Shown here: positions 53,199 through 64,000 of the stretch, piece by piece | How the letters are laid out: every line of letters begins with the position of its first letter | How positions within the stretch are numbered: the stretch's first letter is position 1 | Assembly: GCA_951406725.2 (NCBI GenBank) | Contig: OX597817.1 | Coordinates: 173,042,001-173,106,000 of the forward strand | Length of the DNA stretch: 64,000 nucleotides | Reading direction: 5' to 3' | From: Octopus vulgaris | Taxonomy: Eukaryota | The notes under the pieces: generated by a model | What the model saw: only the letters and a program-made list of their open reading frames with translations | The model's database searches: none | Told to the model about the DNA's origin: nothing | Translations under genes and position numbers: made by a program

Positions 53199-54156
53199 AA
53201 ATGGTTTTTCCACAATGTGATTGCATTTTGGTCATTTATTATTTATGAAGTCCAAAATAAACAAGAAGGCATTTGTCCTTAAACAAATTCCTTATAGCCA
53301 AAATGATTATTTGGCAGAAGGGGTTGCATGCACGTGTGCGTGTATGCGTGTGCTATATTAATATTTTCTGGAGTTCTACAATGTTGTTGTTTAATCCCAG
53401 GCCGTCCCTGACCAAGCAAACCTGTGAATAAAAGCATTTAAGCCATAACCAATAAACCATTTTTTTCCAGGTGTAATCAATTGAGGACTGTGCTATTCAA
53501 TGCACCTACCTGTTCTCTTTCAAATGATGGCAATGACACACAAACACTTAAAAAAAAAAGACAAATGCTGGATGACTTAGTAGAAAGAAAATATGAATAA
53601 TAAACCGCAGCACAAAATTATCCTCTATTTTGATTGAAATAATCTTTCCTTTCTTTTTTTCTTTTTTCCCAAACATGTTCAGTGGTTGTTTGTAAAACAC
53701 CATTCTGTGAAAGAGAGCAATAAGCTACAAATGTCTCATTCTAGATTCTCTGTGTATGTGGTCTGAAGGAAGCCTTTGGATTTACAATTCAAACACGAAT
53801 ACAAATGTAAATGTATGGACTACATGGTTCACAACGATTATCACTGGTCAATCTAGTTAGCCGAGTTGTTTTTTTACTATAGTGCTCGGAAAAGTATTTG
53901 CATGGATTTTATTATCCCTACTCTTTTGTGTTGTGGGCATCCAACCATAGCAACTATGCCAAAGCAGACAGCAGAGCTTAGTGCTGTTTTCTGACTTGCC
54001 AGTTCCTGTCAAACCATCCGACCCATACCAGCCAAAAAAACAGATGTTAAATGACAATGATAAATATGTATGTAAGTATGTATGTATGTATGTATGTATG
54101 TATGTATGTATGTATGTATGTGTGTGTGTGTGTATATATGTGTGTGTGTGTGTGTA

Positions 54157-54258
<102 letters not shown>

Positions 54259-54994
54259 ATTTATTATTTATGAAGTCCAAAATAAACAAGAAGGCATGTT
54301 GAGAGTCAACGGTCATCCAATAAATGTCTTAAGGCTGTATCATGCACGGGGACATAGAAATAATCGGACTGAATACCCGATCGCATGGTTAAACCATTGG
54401 GAGTGAAGGACTCCTAGCCATTGTTAGGGCATCCTTCTAAGAGAAGGTAACTCGGGAAACTGGGATAACTCCGATATAAAACCTGTGGCTCAGTGGTTAC
54501 CGATGATGTTGACTTGTTCTTCTTTTCGGATTATGGCTGCTGTTGCTTAGTGAGTGGGATTGACTCAGTGCACAGCCTTTCCTCACTTTAAAAAAAATCT
54601 TCTTGCACAGGCATTGCACGATAACAACATTGATTAAGCTTCGTGCAATGACCATACTCGATAACGAGGGGGCAGCCACCAAGTATGTATGTATGTATAT
54701 ACATACATACATACACTCACGGAGTGGTTGGCGTTAGGAAGGGCATCCAGCTGTAGAAACATTGCCAGATAATACTGGAGCCTGGTGCAGCCTTCTGGCT
54801 TCCCAGATCCCCGGTCGAACCGTCCAACCCATGCTAGCATGGAGAACGGACGTTAAGCGATGATGATGATACATACATACATACATACATACATACGTAC
54901 GTACAGGCATGGCTTTGTCATTAAGGACTCTCGTTTCATGATCAATGTGTTCCCGGTTCGACAGCACTAGGCGGTATCTAAAAATATTATTTTA

Positions 54995-55177
54995 GGCACA
55001 GGAGTGGCTGTGTGGTAAGTAGCTTGCTTACCAACCACATGGTTCTGGGTTCATTCCCACTGCATGGCACCTTGGGCAAGTGTCTTCTACTATAGCCTTG
55101 GGCCAACCAAAGCCTTGTGAGTGGATTTGGTAGACGGAAACTGAATGAAGCCTGTCATGTGTGTGTGTGTGTGTATA

Positions 55178-55241
<64 letters not shown>

Positions 55242-55495
55242 TGTATGTATGTATGTATGTGTGTGTGTGTGTGTGTATATGTTTGTGTGTCAGTGTTTGT
55301 CCCCACCACCATCACTTGACAACCGATGCTGGTGTGTTTATGTCCCCATAACTTAGCAGCTCGGCAAAAGAGACCGATAGAATAAGTACTAGGCTTACAA
55401 AGAATAAGACCTAGGGTCGATTTGCTCAACTAAAGGCGGTGCTCCAGCATGGCCGCAGTCAAATGACTGAAACAAATAAAAGAGAAAAAGAGTAT
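54995..55495 (+). mobile_element. SINE family B, full length, expanded internal microsatellite
   Basis: Canonical head and tail. Confidence 0.85.
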
Positions 55496-56081
55496 ATGAG
55501 CCTTTGAGAGAAATTTGGCAAGATGAAACAACACTGCTTTCAGGTTCCAGGAGATGGGTTTCCACTAGAATTTCAAAGGAAATCTGTTGGGCTTTGTTGT
55601 TGCAGAGAAAGGCCCAGCAGATAATCATGGGCTCTCTTGGTTCTCTGGACCCTGATATGTGTTCCAGATGAACCACTCCCCTTATTAGAAGCTCTAGGTC
55701 TGTGACAGTATGAAGAATGTTGTTTAATGTATTTCAAAGTTCGCTTGATCTGTTGTAGAAATATGGGACCAAGACAGGGATAGTGTAATTGAAAGAGACT
55801 AAAATACAAGACCATATGCACACACACACACACACACACACACATGCATGCACACATACACATATATACAAGCAGTCTCCAAGTTACAACAGCTCAATTT
55901 ACAATCATCTGTTGTTATAAACCAACCTGTGTATATTAAAAATTCAAGTGAGATAAAATGGTAATAATGAGAGGATGGGCTGTTGGTAATACACATCAAA
56001 AGAGACCGCATTCCCAGCAGTGATTTTGGTTTGAGGAAAATCAATGCTACATTAAAACAATTTTAAATCTTATACTAGATA

Positions 56082-56720
56082 GGCGTAGGAGTGGCTGTGT
56101 GGTAAGTAGCTTGCTTACCAACCACATGGTTCTGGGTTCATTCCCACTACATGGCACCTTGGGCAAGTGTCTTCTACTATAGCCTTGGGCCAACCAAAGC
56201 CTTGTGAATGGATTTGGTAGACGGAAACTGAAAGAAGGCCATCGTATATATACTGTCCCTCTCGTGTCTGACCACTGTCCGAAGTCAGGACGCCATGATA
56301 GATCGTTAGCTCTTACACGCATTTTTTTCTCTCCTTGTTTCTTTTCGGTATATCTTTCTGTCGAAGAGCGTAGGCTCGAAACGTAAAAGACTTTTTCTAT
56401 TTCTATTCCTGAGCGCTATACTAATACATTTGTTTGTTTGTACTCCACCTGCCTTCGTCTTTTGTTTATTTTCATAAACTTTCCCATTATATATATATAT
56501 ATATATATATATGTTTGTGTGTGTGTGTGTGTCACCCAACATCGCTTGACAACCAGTGGTGGTGTGTCTACGTCCCAGTAACTTAGTGGTTCGGCAAAAG
56601 AGACCGGTAGAATAAGTACTAGGCTAACAAAGAATAAGTCCTGGGGTCGATTTGTTCGACTAAAGGCGGTGCTCCGGCATGGCCACAGTCAAATGACCGA
56701 AACAAGTAAAAGAGAGAGTA
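56082..56720 (+). mobile_element. SINE family B with a PLE-like insert (56253-56488) in its (TA)n
   Basis: SINE halves flank ~235 bp of unrelated sequence bounded by TATATA. Confidence 0.8.
56353..56390 (+). ncRNA. Minimal hammerhead-like motif with a variant core
   Basis: TCTTT-CTGTCGA-A-GAGC-GTAG-GCTC-GAAA-CG-TA-AAAGA; core CUGUCGA departs from CUGANGA. Confidence 0.55.
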
Positions 56721-56973
56721 TAACGAGTTTATAATGTGTCTTAACTTGTTTTATTTTATTTACAATTTTCTGTGTTATTGTCCTCATAACTTTGCCTCCA
56801 AAATGAAAAGCCTACACAAATGACAGCAATACTCAGAATCAAATGACCATAATTGAAATTAAAGTAGCAATAAAGTTGGTAGTAGCAGTGAGAAATAAAA
56901 TACCAACAGCATTGGAAAAAAACATTATGCAACAGTTGGTCAACGATTGGGATAATTTTGAGGATAAGTTTAA

Positions 56974-57414
56974 TCTTTTCAATGCCAGCTTGCCTATGAC
57001 TGCTCCCGGTTCCTTGGTTCTATGACACAAACTCTGTTTTAACCCTTTTATTACGAAATTTCAAATGAAATATATCGCTTTTCTTTCAGTTAATTTTGAA
57101 AATAATGAGGAATTTAGTAATCTTGTCATTATGGAATTGGTGTCTGAAACATAAAGTAACATGAAGTTTTAATGGAAGATTTTAATTTAGATCCCTTTAG
57201 AAGAAGGAATTTGTATCAGAGGGCCAAGGGCAATCTCAAGTGGGTTGGTATCAAAAAGGTTAAAGTGATTTAAATGAAATCTTTCCCTCAAAATTTTAAG
57301 TTAATTTATGTTTCTAACGCCAGCTCAATAATAAGTTGTTTTACTAAATATTTCATTATTTTCAAAATTAATTGAAACTAAGTCAATGTATTCCAACAGA
57401 AATATGGTAAAAAG
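56974..57414. mobile_element. TTAA MITE with a same-family copy (57043-57259) nested in the opposite orientation
   Basis: TTAA duplicated at 57039-57042 and 57260-57263. Confidence 0.7.
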
Positions 57415-57503
57415 TTAAAGGGCAAAGCAAGAATAATGGAAAAAGTCACAGCCATTGTTCCAATGGAAACAATGATATTCACTAAAGCAATTCAGTGGTT
57501 TAA

Positions 57504-57944
57504 CACTTTAGTATTCAGGTTAGTTACTCAAATGTAATGCTTATTTATTCACATTGTTTGAATTAATTGTGCATTATCTCATAGCTTTGAGATTTTGATA
57601 TGATTGTTTAATTTTAGTATGATATTGTAAAAAAGGTGTCAGAGGTCAGATCTGGTCTGTTTGAACATAAAACATATAGACTATTTAAACTGGATCTGGC
57701 CAGTTTAACCCTTTAGCATTCAAACTGGCCATATCAGGCCGAAATATTTAACCTGTTTTATGTTGAAATTGGTCAGATCTGACCTCTCACACCTACCCTA
57801 CAATGTTGTTCTAAAAGTAAACAATCACATGATCAGCATCTCTGAATTACAAAATAATGCACAATTAATTTTAAAACAATATAAATAAACAAACATTACA
57901 TTTGACAAAATAATCTGAATATTAAAGGGTTAAATGCCCAAGGG
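57504..57944. mobile_element. Second TTAA MITE family with a same-family copy (57709-57929) nested in the opposite orientation
   Basis: TTAA|CCCTTTAGCATTCA...TATTAAAGGG|TTAA inside the terminal region of the outer element. Confidence 0.75.
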
Positions 57945-58109
57945 TTAATTATTGAAATGTAAAGGCTATTAAGAATTTGGTTGGATGATCAAAATCAGTG
58001 GCCTATTCCTATTAGCCTTGGTTTAATCTAAGAAAAGTCTTGAAATGTTTGCAATGATTTAAAAATTGCATAAGTGGCAAAGGAAGAGGATTCTGAAGAA
58101 GATTTTGTG

Positions 58110-58718
58110 ATGAATTTTATTCTTTTATTCTTTAACTTGTTTCAGTAATTTGACTGCGACCATGCTGGGGCACAACTTTTAGTCGAACAAATTGACCCCA
58201 GGACTTGTTCTTTGTAAACCTAGTACTTATTCTATCGGTATCTTTTGCTGAACTGCTATGTTACAGGGATGTAAACACGCCAACATCAGTTGTCAAGCAA
58301 TGGTGATGGTGAGAGAACACAGACACACACACAAATATATTTCTTTATTGCCCACAAAGGGCTAAACATAGAGGGGACAAACAAGGACAGACAAAGGGAT
58401 TAAGTCGATTACATCGACCCCAGTGCATAACTGGTACTTAATTTATCGACCCTGAAAGGATGAAAGGCAAAGTCAACTTCAGCAGAATTTGAACTTAGAA
58501 CATAACGGCAGATGAAATACCGCTAAGCATTTCACCCGGCGTGCTAACATTTCTGCCAGCTCACTAGGCTTCTTTCAGTTTCTGTCTCCCAAATCCACTC
58601 ACAAAGGCTTTAGCGTGAGGCTATAATAAAGACACTTGCCCAAGGTGTCATGCAGTGGGACTGAACCGGGAACCATGTGGTTGGGAAACAAACTTCTTAT
58701 CACACAGCCACTCCTGCA
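58110..58718 (-). mobile_element. SINE B with nested SINE A (58338-58563)
   Basis: Both consensus sequences are recognisable. Confidence 0.75.
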
Positions 58719-59732
58719 ATCATTTTAAAGGGAAGGTAAATTTACACAATATTAGTTTCAAATTTTGACACAAGGCCAGCAATTTCAGGAGAGGAGTCAA
58801 ATCAATTACAGTGCTCTCTCTCTACTGGTACTTATTTTACAGACCCTGGCAGAATTTGAACCCAGAATGGGAAAATGGACAAAATGCCGCCAAGCATTTT
58901 GTCCAGCATGCTAAATATTCTAGCAGCTCACTGCCTTAGATTTGCACAATATTACAGAGTGAAGTGAAAGAGCGAATGTCAATGTATTTGTTACGAGTGA
59001 ATTTAGTTAAATGTTGAGAAAATAATTAAGGAAAGAGATTATTTGCCAGATCAGATATTTAAGGCTTTGGCATTCAGATTACTGTGTCAAATATATCATC
59101 ATCATTTAGTGTCTGTTTTCCATGCTGGCATGGGTTAGACGATTTGACTGAAAATGGTAAGCTGGAAAGTTGCACCAGGATCCAATCTGATTTGGCATGG
59201 TTTCACTGGCTGGATGCCCTTTTCCTAACGCCAACCACTCCAGGAGTGTAATGGGTCTTTTTTACATGCCACTGGCATGGGTGTCAGTTATGTGACACAA
59301 ATATGTTTTCACTTGGCTTGATGAGTCTTCCCATATTGCCAAAGGTCTCAGTCACTTATCACCTCCATGAGGCCCAATGTTCAAAGGGTGCTTTTCACAT
59401 GCCACTGACATGGGTACCTGTTACATGACACCAGCATTGACCATGACTACAGTTTTACTTGGTTTGACAGGTCTTCTCAAGCACAGCATATCGCCAAAAG
59501 TCTTGGTCACTTGTCATTGCTTCAATGTTTACCTATTTACATCATTTTGAATTAACCCTGCATTGCTTTGAGATTTTGAAACAACATTGAAGGGGTAGGT
59601 GTGAAAGGCCAGTTCTAGCCAGTTTGAACATAAAACAGGTAGTATATTTGAACTAGATATGACCAGTTTAAATGCTACAGGGTTAATGTAGCCAAGACTG
59701 GCTTAATTTGGTGGGGGGATAAAAAAGAATGC

Positions 59733-60122
59733 TTACTCTTTTACTTGTTTCAGTCATTTGACTGCGGCCATGCTGGAGCACCACCTTTAGTCGAACAAAT
59801 CGACCCCGGGACTTATTCTTTGTAAGCCTAGTACTTATTCTATAGGTTTCTTTTGCCGAACTGCTAAGTTATGGGGACATAAACACACCAGCATCGGTTG
59901 TCAAGCAATGCTAGGGGGACAAACACAGACACACTAACATACACACACACATATACATATATACGACAGCCTTCTTTCAGTTTCTATCTACCAAATCCAG
60001 TCACAAGGCTTTGGGCAGCCCAAGGCTATAGAAGAAGACACTTGCCCAAGGTGCCACACAGTGGAACTGAACTCATAACCATGTGGCTGGTAACTAAGCT
60101 ACTTACCACACAGCCACTCCTT
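59733..60122 (-). mobile_element. SINE family B, full length
   Basis: Reverse complement of the canonical element. Confidence 0.85.
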
Positions 60123-61675
60123 TGCATATATATATATCTGTTATCTTTTCCTTGTTTCAGTCATTTGACTGCGGCCATGCTGGGGCACCACCTTGAAGGA
60201 TTTTTTTAGTTGAACAAATTGACAAGAGGAGTCATTTTTTTAAAGTCTAGTACATATTCTATTTTTCTCTTTTACTGAACCACTAACTTACACAGATGTA
60301 AACAAACCAATACCGGTTGTCAAGCAGTGGTGGGGGACAAACACAGAAACACACACATAGATGTATATATATGACAGGCTTCTTTCAGTTTCCGTCTACC
60401 AAATCCACTCACAAGGCTTTGGTTAGTCACACTTGCACCTAAAAATACGCAATGGATGCATATGCATATGGCAAGAGTTCTTGCTCCTTCTTCAGTACCA
60501 TATCCAAATACGATGGGCTTCTTTCAGTTTCTCCCCATCAAATCCACCCACAAGGTTTTGGTTAGTCCAAGGCTATCGTAGAAGATACTTGCCTAAGATG
60601 CCACACAGTGAGACTGAACTCAGAACCTTGTACTTTGGAAGCAAGCTCACTGTGTATATATGCATAAACGTCATGTGACATCCAAACCATGTCATGTTCA
60701 GGTTCTTCCATAATCCTGGGCAACTGCTTGAGTTGCTGGAACATTCAACTGATCCTGTACCCCACCACACATAAACATGCTCACATTCTCTCTCAATAAT
60801 CAATACATTTATTATTTTTGTTTCTAATTTAGGCACAAAGCCAGTAATTTTAGGAGAGGTGCACTTCTCCAGTATTGTATTTTCCTGACCCTGAAGGTAT
60901 GACAGGCAAGGCTGGTCTCAACAGAATTTGACTTTGCCTTTCATTCCTTTGGGGTCGTTAAAATGAGCACCAGCTAAGCCCTCTTCTCCTAAAATTGCCA
61001 GCCTTATTCCAAAGTTTGAAACGATGAAGATGGTGAGCTATCAGAACATTAGCATGCTGGATTAAATGCTTAGTGGTATATTTTCCAATTTAACTCGGTA
61101 AGTATAAATTCTGCTGAGGTCAGCTTTACCTTTCATCCCCTTAGGGTTGATGAAATAAAAGCACTACTTTAGCGCTGGGGTTAATGCAACTGATTAGCCT
61201 CTCCCCCAGAATTTTAGGCCCTATGCCTAAAATTTTGATATTGCTCTTTGTGACTGGTTTAGTTTTGTTAATATCAGATCACAACCTGTGCTCTAGCATG
61301 AGAAACATTCTTGTCTCTACTCCTATTAAGATCCTTCCAGGTTGTTCCAAATCCCCCTTCCTTTGTGTCAAAGACTTTCCGGTAAATTCTGTCTGATCTA
61401 AGTCAAGAGTTTTCTGCACTACACCCACTCCTTATCAAAATCTAATTTTACCCTCAAATTCCTCGTCACAGTTCCCGAAACACCAATAATAATCGGAAGG
61501 ACTAATGAACCTAGCCAATTTCCTCTCAGTTATAAACACGTTTATTACGAATAAAAGAAATTATGGCATCATCATCATCATTAATATTATTATTATTTCA
61601 ATACGTTTATTACATTCAAAAGCCGCCGTGGTCAGCGTTGTCTTTCATCATTCTGGGTCGATAAAATAAAGTACC

Positions 61676-62264
61676 TATTTCTTTATTACCCACAAGGGGC
61701 TAAACACAGAGCGGACAAACAAGGACAGACATAGGTATTAAGTCGATTATATCGACCCCAATGCGTAACTGGTACTTAATTTATCGACCCCGAAAGGATG
61801 AAAGGCAAAGTCGACCTCGGCGGAATTTGAACTCACAACGTAACGCAGACGAAATACCTATTTCTTTATTACCCACAAGGGGCTAAACACAGAGCGGACA
61901 AACAAGGACAGACATAGGTATTAAGTCGATTATATCGACCCCAATGCGTAACTGGTACTTAATTTATCGACCCCGAAAGGATGAAAGGCAAAGTCGACCT
62001 CGGCGGAATTTGAACTCACAACGTAACGCAGACGAAATACCTATTTCTTTATTACCCACAAGGGGCTAAACACAGAGCGGACAAACAAGGACAGACATAG
62101 GTATTAAGTCGATAACATCGACCCCAGTGCGTAACTGGTACTTAATTTATCGACCCCGAAAGGATGAAAGGCAAAGTCAACCTCGGCGGAATTTGAACTC
62201 ACAACGTAACGACAAGCGAAATACCGTTAAGCATTTCGCCCGGCGTGCTAACGTTTCTGCCAGC
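61676..62264 (-). mobile_element. SINE A long-tail trimer (183-bp period, single head) inside an older opposite-strand SINE A; TACC TSD
   Basis: Units start at 61676, 61859 and 62042; TACC at 61672-61675 and 62265-62268. Confidence 0.9.
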
Positions 62265-63857
62265 TACCAAACAAGTGGTGAGGTCGATGTAACCGATCAG
62301 CCCTCGACCCCTAAAACTGCTGGCCTTGTATTAAAATTTGAAACAATTATTATTTCTACCACATACTAAGACATGTGACTGACTGACGCTAAATATGAAC
62401 CGTGAGCAACTGCTCCGACTTTAAAATTAATGCAAGAACAACTCTTCTTTCGTAACCCGGTGACTGTCTTTGTGTGTGTACGCTTAGGTGCACACGGTCA
62501 CACGAGTGAGAGAAAGAAGAACAATGCTTTGACAATTTAAATCTTTTTGAATCCGACGAGTCACAATTTTCATTTCTTTAATAATCTTGTCCATGGATTA
62601 TCACGTAGATCTATACGTTATTTTAGTTTTAGGCAAATACTTATAGATCTCTCTCTCTCTATATATATATATAAACTACGAAATTTTATATATTTACAGC
62701 ATATTGCATGACGATTTTTGGTCTATTTCTTTTCAGTCCAACGCATGTCACCTGTGAAATGTCACGGCTGACACACCTATCATAGTTTCGTCACCACTGA
62801 TTTAAATCCACTTGGCTCCTTACATAATTACTGATACCCATTGTCACACACACACACACGACTTTAATTCTTGACTTGATTAAACATTTCAGCAATCAAA
62901 TTATAATCAACAGGATCTAAAGATGGAAAGTTGATCCAAATAAGGGGTCACACTGATCCCGAAGGTAACATCGGAATATTTGTTTATACTGTAACGATTG
63001 TCAACCTTATTTACATTAAATATCATCACTAGTCATCGATAATGTGTTCACAGGTAATTGATTACATTAAATCCAATCAGTGTTTTTGCAGAAACATTCA
63101 AAGTGTCACCTGCATATTGATTAACAGGTTTAATCATCAAAGACTAAAGTCGAAATGACACTTTCATCCTTCAAACATTTTTAAAAGAATGTTAAATATT
63201 CCATGCTGAAAGTCATCAATTAAGTGATTTACTTTTCCTGTTTTTCAATTAATAATCGACCCACAAAGTCTGAAAGTCATTCATAAAATATCTTGTTTTT
63301 CCATTTTTTTAAATTAATAATCGACATTGAGAAATAATTTATGTTTCGCTCTTTTTTTTTAAATAATTATTAATCGACATATAAAGGTAAAAATAGAAAT
63401 CCATTTATGATTAGTTTTCCCTATTTTCTTACTAATTTATAAATCAACAACCCTTTCGTTATTACATTTCTTTTGAAATAAACTGCTTGTATTCCAGATA
63501 ATTTTGAAAACAAAGAAGATAGTAAAATAACTTTATTATCTATCAAGTTGGTGTTTGAAACAGATTAACCTGAAATTTTTAATGGAAAGGTGCGTTTTTT
63601 TGAGATCCCTTTAAAACAGTAAGTTTGTAAGGTAGAACGAAAGGTCGGTTAAACATAGAACAGAAAGTAAATAACTACCGCAGTAGGTTATATACGAATT
63701 ACATATCAAACGCAAAATATTTTACTCAGACTGCGATAGGAGCTCGACCTTGCACGATATCATCAGTTTATTAGAGGGATATTTATTGAATGACTCCTTA
63801 AGACACGATTCAGTGCTTTACAGGTGCTCATTTTAACGCAATTCCAATTAGCCGCCT

Positions 63858-63960
63858 ACTCACCTCAGTCACACCGCATGACTGGATTTAAAAAGTGACG
63901 TACGCCACACAAATTTAGAAACCCTAAAGTCACCTCAACCGGCTGGTTGCTATGGTGGTT
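63858..63960 (-). promoter_or_regulatory. Candidate promoter and short first exon of a minus-strand gene
   Basis: Consensus donor GAG|GTGAGT at 63864/63863 (-); CRE-like TGACGTA at 63896-63902; X-box-like GTTGCTATGG at 63946-63955; locally CpG-richer unique sequence. Confidence 0.35.
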
Positions 63961-64000
63961 TTTTTTTTCTTAAAGAATTTGCAATAGTTTCCAATTTTGT

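Noticed and set aside
55500-55790. Complex sequence with open minus-strand frames
   Set aside because: No recognisable motif or donor site; cannot distinguish an exon from an old TE fragment

Overview
AT-rich, repeat-saturated eukaryotic DNA. The tRNA-derived SINE families, Dong/R4, RTE and CR1 LINEs and TTAA MITEs point to an octopus (coleoid cephalopod) genome; this is inferred from sequence recognition, not from a database search. No complete protein-coding gene is recognisable, and nearly all supplied ORFs are translations of microsatellites or SINEs. The window looks like a large intron or intergenic region. It has one plausible coding exon (40215-40557, +) and a candidate promoter/first exon at the right end. 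Recognisable relics: a Chapaev3-type transposase, a mariner transposase, and RTE, CR1 and Dong/R4 LINE fragments, plus Helitrons, piggyBac-, hAT- and Harbinger-type MITEs, and four or more SINE families. Most interesting: (1) three different Penelope-like non-coding elements carrying minimal hammerhead-ribozyme motifs, one as a ~2.7 kb inverted duplication with two essentially intact hammerheads; (2) a SINE subfamily that inserts at GGTA/TACC sites, including a GGTA in its own head, giving precise head-less tandem concatemers, and whose tail matches a LINE-like 3' end in the same window; (3) several fold-back hairpins that could yield dsRNA. Coordinates were counted by eye and may be off by a few bases.
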